From Fibrobacterota bacterium (GTDB lineage: Bacteria; Fibrobacterota; Fibrobacteria; UBA11236): 27,472 bases of DNA. The DNA lies in contig JAYUVP010000340.1 of assembly GCA_043753995.1 (NCBI GenBank), positions 1 to 27,472 on the forward strand. The letters are read 5' to 3'. The notes under the pieces were generated by a model that saw only the letters and a list, made by a program, of their open reading frames with translations, did not search any database and was not told where the DNA came from. A program made the translations under genes and the position numbers. This document shows, piece after piece, positions 1 to 8,789 of this stretch (the first letter of the stretch is position 1; every line of letters starts with the position of its first letter).

Positions 1-379
1 TCTCGGTCAGCTTGCCATCGGTGCCGAGGGTATAACGGGTGAGGATTTTGGCCGAGTCCTCCTTGGTGGAATAAAACAGGTACATCCATTTGTTGGTGGC
101 GAACTTGGGATCGAGGGTCAAGGCCATTAGGCCGGACTCTCCCGTCATGTTCACCTCGGCAACTTTTTGGACTTCCGTGGTCGTCCTATCGGTGGGGTTG
201 TAGACCTTCAACGATCCATTCCGTTCAGCGATATAAATCTTGCCGTCCGGGGCGATTACGAATTGCATCGGATCACTTAGCTTATCGGACAGCTTCACCG
301 TATTGAAATTGAGCCCTTGGCCGAAGGCCTGAGCGCATAAAGCCGCTCCCATAGCCAACCATTTCAGTTCAAGTTTCAT
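1..379 (-). CDS. Secreted PQQ-dependent sugar dehydrogenase (GSDH/sorbosone dehydrogenase beta-propeller), N-terminal part; runs off the window
   Basis: Not in the ORF track. Manual translation from ATG 379 gives MKLELKWLAMGAALCAQAFGQ (signal peptide)...LSDPMQFVIAPDGKIYIAERNGSLKVY...GESGLMALTLDPKFATNKWMYLFYS, the typical GSDH start (PDG-IYIAER-G; GE-GL---LDP-F-N-W-Y--Y). Confidence 0.85.
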   Translation of the reverse strand, partial: MKLELKWLAMGAALCAQAFGQGLNFNTVKLSDKLSDPMQFVIAPDGKIYIAERNGSLKVYNPTDRTTTEVQKVAEVNMTGESGLMALTLDPKFATNKWMYLFYSTKEDSAKILTRYTLGTDGKLTE

Positions 380-770
380 CTTTATTTTCCCCCAGGTTGA
401 TTTCGCATAAGCGAAAGGTGCGGTCGTTTTTCCCCGCCGATTCCACTCCAAGGCATGGAGAGGATGGCTTGATATTTCCAAGCCGCGTTATTTGACTCAC
501 GAAAGGTGGTAATCAAATTCTCAAATTCAAAGGGAGAATAACAGCTTTTATTTTCGTCATTAATTTGAAATCTGTTGGAATTATTACAGATATCGAAAAA
601 AATAATTTTATTCGTTACAACGCTAACCGTCGAATTCCGAATGAATGGCGCAGGGCAAAGGCAAAAGGGAGTTTGAGACGGGTCGGAAGCAAATTCCACC
701 GGACAGTCAAAAATAAAATTCACCTTTTGGGCCTTAGGGTTGTCCCCAATTCCGAAGACACGGGCTGAAT

Positions 771-860
771 GGGGGATGCCGAGGCCGACGGTGCGGCAGG
801 GCAAGGCGGGCCGAGGCAGGGGGGCGTTGGGACGGCGCGGAGCGAGGGCGGAGCCCCCCG
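771..860 (-). repeat. GC-rich REP-like extragenic repeat, copy 1
   Basis: Minus strand reads CGGGGGG..CCCCCC-TG-CCTCGGCCCGCCT..GTCGGCCTCGGCATCCCCC; same core as 14897-14965 and 19309-19375. Confidence 0.8.
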
Positions 861-955
861 TCACAGGAAAGTGACCCTATTTAGGAATAACTTGAAGCCC
901 GCATAGATGAGCCTAGCCGCCAAAGGATTGGGCTATGAATACGGCTTCGGATATC

Positions 956-2095
956 TCAGTATTGGCCAGTGAAAGTAGAGACCGTTTTGCGCGGCTTGCT
1001 TCCGTAATCGAGGTCAAGGTCCCAAAGGCCATGACGCAAATGGGTGGCATGCTTGAGGCCCAAATCAGGATGCGGGCTTGCCGTGATGAGGCGGGCCAGC
1101 TGAACTTCGCCCTCATGAAAGGTCATGGCTTCAAATCCCATGCTGACAAACTTTTCGCGTGATTGCTTCAATATTTGGTCGAGTGCGTCTTCGCAAAGGA
1201 CGCGAACCTTGGCTTTATTACCAATGCAAACAAAGCCCACGCAGGTATTGGCGACGCTCGATCCGAGGGCATCGCAATTCACTTGCATTGCCAATTCTTC
1301 GCGCAAGGTGCGGCCCGTAGTCGAGTCATGCAGGGCTTCCAAGGCATCCCACATGAATCTTCCAAAAGGCATGCCGAAGGCATGGTCCTTGAGGGTAAGC
1401 AGGGTCGCATGACCTTTGGTTTGCGGTGAATAGGTCGCCTGAACCGGAACGTCGGAAACAACGAGGCCTGCGGAGAGATTCAGAAAAGGATTGTCGATGG
1501 CCTCAAAGGAAAGGCTTTTACCCTTGACCGTGAAAGTGTAGCCGAGGCCGCGGAAGCGATGCCGCATAGGTACGGAATCCTCGGGATTGATATTTAGGTC
1601 AGTAATGATTTGAAAATGAGTGAATGCTTTCTCGGCATTGGCTATGAGCTCGTCTTCACTGCGGGCAAAAGCCGTGTCGTTTTTCCGTTTGCCATTGAGA
1701 TAGTCATTGATGGCATCATCGACTTCGTCTTGCAAAATGCTAGGAAGCACGGCATAGAGGTCATCTACATGCTTGAGACCCGCCGCATCGAGAACCGAGA
1801 AAAAGGTCTTGGCAGGCTCATCCCGTAATCCCTTGATCAGGCGAATGAAGTCAGCCACCTGAGCAGGCGCCAAGAGCAAGGCATTGACCGGAACCTGGGT
1901 GGTGATGCGATAGGTTCCCCGGGTAACTAGGGAATCGACGGTATAAAGCAAAGCTTCGGGATCAGGAGTGGTGCTATGTTTTTCTGAGCACGAAATCAAA
2001 TAGAAACTTGTAAATGCGAATGCCGAGGCTAGAGCCGTCTTGCCAATCCGAGCATAGCGGCGGGGAAGTGTGTTCGTCTTTCGGTAGGGTATCAT
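956..2095 (-). CDS. Hypothetical lipoprotein, Cys-rich C-terminal half
   Basis: 379-aa ORF; basic N-region, hydrophobic stretch and lipobox-like YLIS-C; four Cys in VNCDALG..TCVGFVCIG..LCE. No family recognised. Confidence 0.75.
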   Translation of the reverse strand: MIPYRKTNTLPRRYARIGKTALASAFAFTSFYLISCSEKHSTTPDPEALLYTVDSLVTRGTYRITTQVPVNALLLAPAQVADFIRLIKGLRDEPAKTFFSVLDAAGLKHVDDLYAVLPSILQDEVDDAINDYLNGKRKNDTAFARSEDELIANAEKAFTHFQIITDLNINPEDSVPMRHRFRGLGYTFTVKGKSLSFEAIDNPFLNLSAGLVVSDVPVQATYSPQTKGHATLLTLKDHAFGMPFGRFMWDALEALHDSTTGRTLREELAMQVNCDALGSSVANTCVGFVCIGNKAKVRVLCEDALDQILKQSREKFVSMGFEAMTFHEGEVQLARLITASPHPDLGLKHATHLRHGLWDLDLDYGSKPRKTVSTFTGQY

Positions 2096-2210
2096 GAAGA
2101 ACCTCGCTCATGTTGGTGCGTTTTCCAACAAACTCGCCAAAAGACATATCGGCAGTTATACGGCAATATGACGATTCCAAAGGGCTTCTTGGTAAGCGGG
2201 GGGGTTACCC

Positions 2211-3071
2211 CTATTTAAGCAATAATTTGATACCGGCATAGACGAGCATAGCCGCCAAGGTTAAACGCAAAACCTTATCCGGCACCGCGCCTGCACTGTG
2301 ACTACCGAGCCAAATACCGGGAAGTGAGCCCACAAGTAAATTCGCGAGTAAAAGAAAATCGACATTTCCCCCGGTGGCATGTCCCAGGCCGGCAATCAAG
2401 GTCAAGGGTACCGCATGGGCGATCTCGCTTCCAACCAGTTTGGACGTGGGTAGAAGGGGATAAACTAGGAAGAGGGCCATGGTGCCCAGGGCTCCGGCAC
2501 CAATGGATGTGACGGTGACGACAACCCCTAAACCAAAGCCTATCACCACGGTTGCGAGGTGGCGCTGCTTCTCACTCATGCGGGTCAGAAAAACGTCATT
2601 GCGATGACTCCAATCGAGCAGGGCTTTCTTAAAGAGAATGGCCATAGCCGTAAGCAAAAGCACCACGCCCAAGGAGACGTAGATGAGAGAATCAGCGGAT
2701 TTCGAACGGGAAGAATCGAAAAACAGGTGCATGGCGGCCAAGGTGATCAAGGCTGCCGGGATGCTACCGGAAGCAAGACGGAGCGTAATGGTCCAATCCA
2801 CATTGCCTTTACGCTGATGCACTAAGACCCCATTGGCCTTGGTGATGGCGGCATAAAGCAAATCGGTGCCGATGGCATTCACGGGCGCAATCCCGAAGTG
2901 AAGCAGTATCGGGGTCATGAGGCTGCCGCCGCCCACCCCGGTCATCCCTACGATGAAGCCCACGACTAGGCCGGCAATCACATAAACGAGGGATAGATGG
3001 GCCCAGAAATCGGCAAGGCCGCGGAAGAGGAGATCGAACATTTCGGCTTTCAAAGGGAAGGAAAGAGTCAT
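2211..3071 (-). CDS. TauE/SafE (TSUP) sulfite exporter family membrane protein
   Basis: GFIVGMTGVGGGSLMTP, AIGTDLLYAAITK, TSIGAGALG, LVGSEIAHAVPL and LLVGSLPGIWLGS are hallmark TSUP motifs. Start may be ATG 3041. Confidence 0.93.
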   Translation of the reverse strand: MTLSFPLKAEMFDLLFRGLADFWAHLSLVYVIAGLVVGFIVGMTGVGGGSLMTPILLHFGIAPVNAIGTDLLYAAITKANGVLVHQRKGNVDWTITLRLASGSIPAALITLAAMHLFFDSSRSKSADSLIYVSLGVVLLLTAMAILFKKALLDWSHRNDVFLTRMSEKQRHLATVVIGFGLGVVVTVTSIGAGALGTMALFLVYPLLPTSKLVGSEIAHAVPLTLIAGLGHATGGNVDFLLLANLLVGSLPGIWLGSHSAGAVPDKVLRLTLAAMLVYAGIKLLLK

Positions 3072-3613
3072 AGGTAATTTTAAAGGCCGCTCACTTCAAT
3101 GCTTCTTGGTCCCAAGCACAACCCAACTATCTCAAGCCATCGTTTTTCCTGTATTGTCTGCCTGCCACTCCGTCTTCTCCTCTGCTATTTCAATCAGGCA
3201 GGACGGCAATACCCTTGAGGGGCACAGCGTGAATGAAATTATAAAGATTAAATATCGTATCGTTTGTTAATTCATCTATTCCAAGATCCACCGAAGCGCC
3301 GTTTACGGGCTTTTTGATGAAGGCCTGCTTGAGGATATGCGGACCCTATTTTTGGCCATGCATTGCCGAACAATCGAGTCTGCATTTCGGACCCGGAGGC
3401 GCGAATGAGCGAGGAATATCCCCTCGGAGCAAAATGGACAGGACCGGTTATTCGAGTGGGGACCGTGCACAGCCCTTTTTCAGAAGCCACCGGAACCCCG
3501 GTGCAGAATTTTGCAGCTCGCATTCAGGCCAAGACCTGGATCTCAAGGTCTTTAAACCAAGTTAATCCGCCATCACCTCGCCCGCTCGTTTTTTTGAATT
3601 CGACATTGAAGTT

Positions 3614-4372
3614 TCAGGGTAACCGGTAACCGTAGCGAAGAAAAATGGCGCGTGCCGTGTCGGAGTAGAGGAAATCGTAGAAGCGCTGCGAAAGGCTCGG
3701 ATTGTTTTTCCGGCCATACTTGCAAATCACGGCTCCCTGGGCAATAGGGGCGTAAAGCGCACTGTCCACTTCTTTCCACCTTCCTTTTCCCGCCATTTCA
3801 TCGGCTAGGACTACGGATTTGGCATTCAAGGCGAAATCCACATTGCCCGTAATCAGGAATTGCGTCACTTGAGAAATGTTTTCACCATACACCAACCGGG
3901 ACTCCACCTTGTCGTAGAGACCCGCTTTTTTCAATGCCCTGACGGCTTCGTGCCCATAGGGTGCTTGCTTGGGAGAGGCCACCGCGATTCTTGCCACACC
4001 GGAATCTGCCAAGACCGACAGTCCCTTGTCGAGGTTGAAATCCTTGAGCGTCCAAAGCACCAAGTTGCCATAGGCATAGGTCTTGGGTTTTTCTTTGGCA
4101 TAGCCCCACCTGTATACCGAATCAGGAAAGGACATGTCGGCAGAGATGAAAATATCGAATGGCGCGCCATTCTTAATTTGGGTGCAGAATTTTCCAGAGG
4201 CGCCATAGATTGTTTTGACATCGACACCCGTCGATTTCTTGAATTCGGTTTTCAATTCTTCCATAGCGAATTTCACATTGGCGGCCACGGCGACCGTTAT
4301 TTGCGAATGAGTGCTCCAGGCTAGGGCAAGGACACAAATGGCGAGCAGGGATAAGCGGTGGATGCGGTTCAT
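3614..4372 (-). CDS. modA: Molybdate ABC transporter substrate-binding protein
   Basis: Signal peptide MNRIHRLSLLAICVLALAWSTHS, then VAVAAN, YGASG, QIKNGAPFDIFISAD, PKQAPYG, LVYGENISQ, PIAQG. Start placed at ATG 4372, not 4498. Confidence 0.93.
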   Translation of the reverse strand: MNRIHRLSLLAICVLALAWSTHSQITVAVAANVKFAMEELKTEFKKSTGVDVKTIYGASGKFCTQIKNGAPFDIFISADMSFPDSVYRWGYAKEKPKTYAYGNLVLWTLKDFNLDKGLSVLADSGVARIAVASPKQAPYGHEAVRALKKAGLYDKVESRLVYGENISQVTQFLITGNVDFALNAKSVVLADEMAGKGRWKEVDSALYAPIAQGAVICKYGRKNNPSLSQRFYDFLYSDTARAIFLRYGYRLP

Positions 4373-4378
4373 GAGATT

Positions 4379-4427
4379 CACTGTATAGTGTAGTTCATAG
4401 CGTCGTAATGCATTCAGGTACATAACG
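4379..4427 (-). promoter_or_regulatory. Two tandem ModE-like operator boxes
   Basis: Minus strand CGTTATGTA-cctgaa-TGCATTACG (4427-4404) and CGCTATGAA-ctacac-TATACAGTG (4402-4379) resemble the ModE consensus CGTTATATA-N6-TATATAACG and lie directly upstream of modA. Confidence 0.7.
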
Positions 4428-4585
4428 CTGTCATGGATTTTTTTGACGGGGGATATGGCAAAAACCTTGACCTTGTCTTCAAACCGGTACCCATCCATGC
4501 CGATCCACGGTCACGTTGTCCTCAGGATGGCCTATTCAAAGGGTCGGTGGTCGCTTGTTCTGATCCCAATTCACCACCGTCTAAC

Positions 4586-6931
4586 CTAAGGCATCAGAAT
4601 AGTATTCATCCACCCGGGCTGGGCAGGCGGTTGCGCCTTACCTAATTCCACCTTCCACTCTTCATCGGTCATGCGATCAAGTTTATTCACTCGTAACGAT
4701 TCATAAAAAGAGAGCACAGGCGCGGCATAGACCGTTGCGCAGGAGTCGCCCTGAATGGCCACCGCCGCCATGCGAATGGGACCCGTCCCCACATGTAAAA
4801 CCCCCTGCGGGCCTAGCTCATCAGTCGAAGGCTTGGTGTGAATGTCGGCTATGGCGGCTTCATCGTCACGATCGATATCTTTGCGCGTCGAACCGTATAT
4901 CAAATCGAGAAACCAGCCATCATAAACCTTGACTTGGGCGCAGCCTGCTGTTTCGCTGCGATAGGTCAGGGCCGAACGCAACCATTTGGCTTGGGTCGAA
5001 TCCGGCCCTTGGCCTTGCGCCGACCGGGCAGCAATGGCCTCAAGCTTTCCGGCATTCAACCGGAGATTCGCGAAGTAGGCCACCATGGGGGCTTGATCGC
5101 GAAAAAGCCTTTCGCCATTCGCGGCATAGGCGGCCACGGCCGCGAAGAAAGCGGGATAGGGCTCGACATAGGCTTTGGGAAAATCGCAGACCACGGTTCC
5201 CGTATAGGATTGCTTGGCATAGAGCAGGGTATTGTGGCGCAATTGTGCCCAGGAAGCGAGTTGGGTATTTCGCATTTTCAATCGCCAACCTTTGGAGCGG
5301 AAAACCGGCGCGACCTTGGCATTTTCCTCGGCGCCGTTCAGCTTGCGCAAGAAGCCGAGCCAACCCGTATAGAGATTGGTTTGCCAGCCCGCTTCGCTGA
5401 TGCCGTCATATAAAGATCGCTGCGCCCCCAAAACTCCATTGATCGCCGCACCCGTACCCTGCATGTCACCCAGGGCCGAATTGTCGCCCAGAGTGAAGGC
5501 GACTTGCAGAGGCGAAGGCCAAGCCACCCCCTGGGAAACGGGATGCACCAATTGGGAAAAGGTGAAAGCATCCAAGATAAAGCGTTGAGGCATGAAGGAA
5601 AAAATGGGCGAAAGATCCGTATCCGTATCACCCGCAGCAAAGGTTTTCTGCTGGGAGAGAATGGCTTGGGCGCCGAAGCGGCCCGCTGTCATGGCGGAAT
5701 CAAAACGGGCTTCGGGAAATTTCGCCAATAAGGTGGAGGCATCCGTTATGCCCATGGCTTGCAAAACCAAGGCCATGTTCTTGGGACTCAAGCCATCGCT
5801 ATTCCCCACCATATACTCGATGGAGCGATCGATTTCCAACCAGCCCGCATAGGCCCCGGATTGAAGTAGGCAATCCCAAAGAATGATGGCAGCACGTTTC
5901 ATGCGCGTATGCGCTGCGGCATTCTGCTTGGGTTTGGCGCGTAAATCGAATGCGATATCGGCGCGCGACAGCCACATCATGGCCTTGAAATAAGACTGGA
6001 GCGGAAAGCTAGCCGTATAGTGCCCGCGCGGCTTGAACTGCGAAAAGTCCACCAGGGTGTCACGTCCCCAAAGCTTCACACGCTTCGGGGTTAATGCATC
6101 GATGTCGATTAAATGCGCGGTGGTGGCCGCATTGCCTGCTATCGCGCTGAGTTGCGGGTGAAGCAACCTGCGTGCCGTGCCGAGTAAGTCGATGACGTCT
6201 TGGCCCGAAGTATCTTGCCCATATTCTCGCTGGGCATGGTCATAGGCTTTTTCCAGAATGGAAGCCAGCAGCGGGATAAAGCGTTTCTCTTCCATTTCCG
6301 CCAGCATCTTGTCATAGCTGAGATAGAGAGTATGCAGTAAGGCATCGGTAGTGAAGAGCAAGGGCAAATCTCGATCGTGAATTTGATCCAAGGCTTGAAA
6401 GAAATTCGGAAAAGAAACTCCCTTAGCGATAGCCATGCCCTGATTGCGCAGGGTGCTAGAAAAAACAACGGAGTCAAAAACCGTGTCACGCAGTTTGAGA
6501 AAGTCACGGATTGGACTTTCGAATTCCATCGTTCCTGTGACGGGCTTAAAGGTTTGGGATCGATCAGGATACGCCTGCATCAAATCGGTATTCCCCCAAC
6601 TGGATTTGGCTTTCACATCGCTTTGATAGCGGGCAAAGGCAGCGGAGTCGGTTGCGCTTTGGAAATAAAGACTACCCAGTCCGACGGAAGGCTGGCTCCA
6701 CAACCCACCTAACCAACGGCCATAGCGTAAGGCATCGGAAAGGCCGGTTTGGCCGTCCCCATCGAGATCAAAAGCCCAGGACCGACCCTCGGCAATGGAG
6801 TCTAAAAAAGCTTGACCATCACTGACACTGACCATGCCATCACCATTGATATCGGTTTTAGGCGCAGCAATCGCAATATTCACATCTAAGACGAGCAGTC
6901 CTAGGCCGAGGATTATTTGAAGCCGCTTCAT
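4586..6931 (-). CDS. Secreted DUF3160 family protein with N-terminal dockerin-like domain
   Basis: DUF3160 motifs FTTDALLH, DFSQFKPRGHYT, YFKAMMWL, PQRFILDA, LASWAQLRHNTLLYAKQSY, YVEPYP, IADIHT, RMTDEEW. N-terminal paired Ca-loop/helix repeats DINGDGMVSVSD and DLDGDGQTGLSDAL follow a signal peptide. Confidence 0.9.
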   Translation of the reverse strand: MKRLQIILGLGLLVLDVNIAIAAPKTDINGDGMVSVSDGQAFLDSIAEGRSWAFDLDGDGQTGLSDALRYGRWLGGLWSQPSVGLGSLYFQSATDSAAFARYQSDVKAKSSWGNTDLMQAYPDRSQTFKPVTGTMEFESPIRDFLKLRDTVFDSVVFSSTLRNQGMAIAKGVSFPNFFQALDQIHDRDLPLLFTTDALLHTLYLSYDKMLAEMEEKRFIPLLASILEKAYDHAQREYGQDTSGQDVIDLLGTARRLLHPQLSAIAGNAATTAHLIDIDALTPKRVKLWGRDTLVDFSQFKPRGHYTASFPLQSYFKAMMWLSRADIAFDLRAKPKQNAAAHTRMKRAAIILWDCLLQSGAYAGWLEIDRSIEYMVGNSDGLSPKNMALVLQAMGITDASTLLAKFPEARFDSAMTAGRFGAQAILSQQKTFAAGDTDTDLSPIFSFMPQRFILDAFTFSQLVHPVSQGVAWPSPLQVAFTLGDNSALGDMQGTGAAINGVLGAQRSLYDGISEAGWQTNLYTGWLGFLRKLNGAEENAKVAPVFRSKGWRLKMRNTQLASWAQLRHNTLLYAKQSYTGTVVCDFPKAYVEPYPAFFAAVAAYAANGERLFRDQAPMVAYFANLRLNAGKLEAIAARSAQGQGPDSTQAKWLRSALTYRSETAGCAQVKVYDGWFLDLIYGSTRKDIDRDDEAAIADIHTKPSTDELGPQGVLHVGTGPIRMAAVAIQGDSCATVYAAPVLSFYESLRVNKLDRMTDEEWKVELGKAQPPAQPGWMNTILMP

Positions 6932-7683
6932 GGTCCCACCTCCACCTTGCTGTCATAACGCGTGAGACCCGCCTCAATATGAAAGAGATAAGCGCCAGCC
7001 GGTAAAGGCTTTCCTCCGGGCGCCATGCCGTCCCAACTTATTTCTTGCACACCTGCCTGCATTTTGCGATCGAGCAAGCCAATAACTTTGCGGCCGCGGA
7101 AATCACTGATCCAAGCTTTCACATTTTGCGCACGCCCTAAACTGAAAACCAAGGTGCGCTTCCTGCCGTACATCCTTAATTGCGGCCGCTCAGCAAGCTG
7201 TCGACGAGTTGCCACTCCGGTGGTCATGCGCACCTTCAGCGCCATTGGACTTCCGTTGGGAGCGAAGGCTTCCACCAAGGACACGCTATCTAAGAAATCA
7301 CCTATCCCCTGAAGTGGAACATTCCCCGCCAATCCCAATTCGAATTGGGCTGCGACGGCATTTCCCGCACCTTGGCGCAATCCCGCCGTCGGTGCCATGC
7401 CAACGACGGTCAACCTCGTTCCCTGGTGCTTAATCGCTGGGAAATATTGCGACCAAGGTCCGCTTTCAGGCTTGCTGATATCGATTTGATCTCCCAGCGA
7501 ACCTGGCTTGCAATGCAATTGCAATCGAAAAGCGCCGAGCGGCTCTTGGCCACGATCATAGAGGACCTTAACTCGGGCCCACGGTTGGACCGGGTCCAAA
7601 GTGACTTCGACTTCGAGAGCATTGGGCGCGCCCAAAAGGCCCAAGCCCCCGATGAGGAAAGAAAAAAGTGAACGCTGATGCAT
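6928..7683 (-). CDS. Secreted protein: putative cohesin domain plus C-terminal FlgD Ig-like (CTD-like) domain
   Basis: GGAGG upstream of ATG 7683; signal peptide; cohesin-like strands (VKVLY..LGAFRLQL..GTRLTVVGM..GNAVAAQFEL); C-terminus ISDFRGRKV..LLD..AGVQEISWDG..GKPLPAGAYLF is FlgD-Ig-like. The stop overlaps the next ATG (ATGA). Confidence 0.75.
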   Translation of the reverse strand: MHQRSLFSFLIGGLGLLGAPNALEVEVTLDPVQPWARVKVLYDRGQEPLGAFRLQLHCKPGSLGDQIDISKPESGPWSQYFPAIKHQGTRLTVVGMAPTAGLRQGAGNAVAAQFELGLAGNVPLQGIGDFLDSVSLVEAFAPNGSPMALKVRMTTGVATRRQLAERPQLRMYGRKRTLVFSLGRAQNVKAWISDFRGRKVIGLLDRKMQAGVQEISWDGMAPGGKPLPAGAYLFHIEAGLTRYDSKVEVGP

Positions 7684-7811
7684 GGGCAACCCTCCAATGA
7701 ATAACCAAGGCGACCTGATACGAGTTCAGGTGAGAGTCTCATTTTTGACACTTTAAGCCTTTAGAACATAGTTGTGATGCAAAGCACATGCCACTCATTT
7801 ATTCTTGTGAC

Positions 7812-8789
7812 ATGCTTGCTCTTTATCAACCCCATTATGGCTCCCCTGCCATTTTTAGGCTTATCGAAATTCCTAAGCCTGTGCCAAAGGCGGGTCAAGT
7901 CCTCATCCGCGTGCATGCGGCTTGCCTTAATTCCTGGGATTGGGACAGGCTCACCGGTGAGCCCAAGGCTTGGCGACTGATATCGGGCATTACAACCCCG
8001 CGCCGAAAGATTCCCGGTTGCGACTTGGCCGGAGTGGTGGAGGCCGTGGGTCCCGGCGTGAAGCGCCTGAAGCCCGGAGATGCTGTTATCGGCGATTTGA
8101 GCGAGACAGGGGCTTGGGGGGCCTTCGCCGAATATGCCTTGGCCCCGGAACGCATTCTGGCCATCAAGGATTCGCAACTCAGCTTCGAAGCGGCGGCTTG
8201 CCTTCCCCAGGCAGGGATATTGGCGTTGCAATCTATTCGTGACGTTCTTGATTTGCAATCCGGGCAAAGCCTGCTCATCAGCGGTGCCGGTGGGGGCGTG
8301 GGCACCTTGGCCTTGCAAATGGCCAAGGCCCGAGGAGCCGTGGTGAGCGTTTGCGATCGACCCGAAAAATTGCCTGCCCTCTTGGCCCTGGGGGCCGATG
8401 AAGCCCTGCCCTGGCCGAATCCGGGATGCTATGGCCTGGGCCGAACTTGGGATCGCATTCTCGATGTCAATATCACTTTGCCAGTGGCTCAATATGCAGC
8501 AGCCTTAGGACCCGGCGGAATTCATGCCGTGATCGGGGGCAAGCCCGGCGCAATATTGCGTTATTTGTTGCGGGGCAAAGGGCTGGCAAAGCGCCAGGGA
8601 AAGATGTTCAAAATGGTGGCTCAGAAAACCACCGTACCCGATTTGGAAAACTTGATGCAAATGGCGGTGAGGGGCGAGGTGAAACCGCTTGTGGACTCGA
8701 CATATGATTTGGCAAAGGCAGCGCAGGCCTTTGAAAGGTTTGGCGAAGGCCAATTCGTGGGGAAAATCGTGATTCGAATGGTGGCGTGA
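7812..8789 (+). CDS. NAD(P)-dependent medium-chain dehydrogenase/reductase (quinone-reductase-like, no Zn ligands)
   Basis: VLIRVHAACLNSWDW, PGCDLAGVVEAVG, GAFAEYA, FEAAACLP, GAGGGVG dinucleotide motif, C-terminal GKIVI. Start placed at ATG 7812. Confidence 0.92.
   Translation: MLALYQPHYGSPAIFRLIEIPKPVPKAGQVLIRVHAACLNSWDWDRLTGEPKAWRLISGITTPRRKIPGCDLAGVVEAVGPGVKRLKPGDAVIGDLSETGAWGAFAEYALAPERILAIKDSQLSFEAAACLPQAGILALQSIRDVLDLQSGQSLLISGAGGGVGTLALQMAKARGAVVSVCDRPEKLPALLALGADEALPWPNPGCYGLGRTWDRILDVNITLPVAQYAAALGPGGIHAVIGGKPGAILRYLLRGKGLAKRQGKMFKMVAQKTTVPDLENLMQMAVRGEVKPLVDSTYDLAKAAQAFERFGEGQFVGKIVIRMVA

Noticed and set aside
382..864. 160-aa minus-strand ORF
   Set aside because: Its start is translated repeat copy 1 and the rest is AT-rich promoter DNA; no protein-like features.
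3272..3629. Three overlapping 83-88 aa ORFs, possible modB remnant
   Set aside because: No hydrophobic TM segments or recognisable motifs in any frame.
4373..4498. 42-aa N-terminal extension of ModA
   Set aside because: It would bury the signal peptide and spans the ModE-like boxes.
4430..4585. Moco riboswitch upstream of modA
   Set aside because: No match to the Moco motif as I recall it; a protein-operator pattern fits better.
7761..8492. 243-aa antisense ORF over the MDR gene
   Set aside because: Shadow ORF of a well-supported gene in GC-rich DNA.
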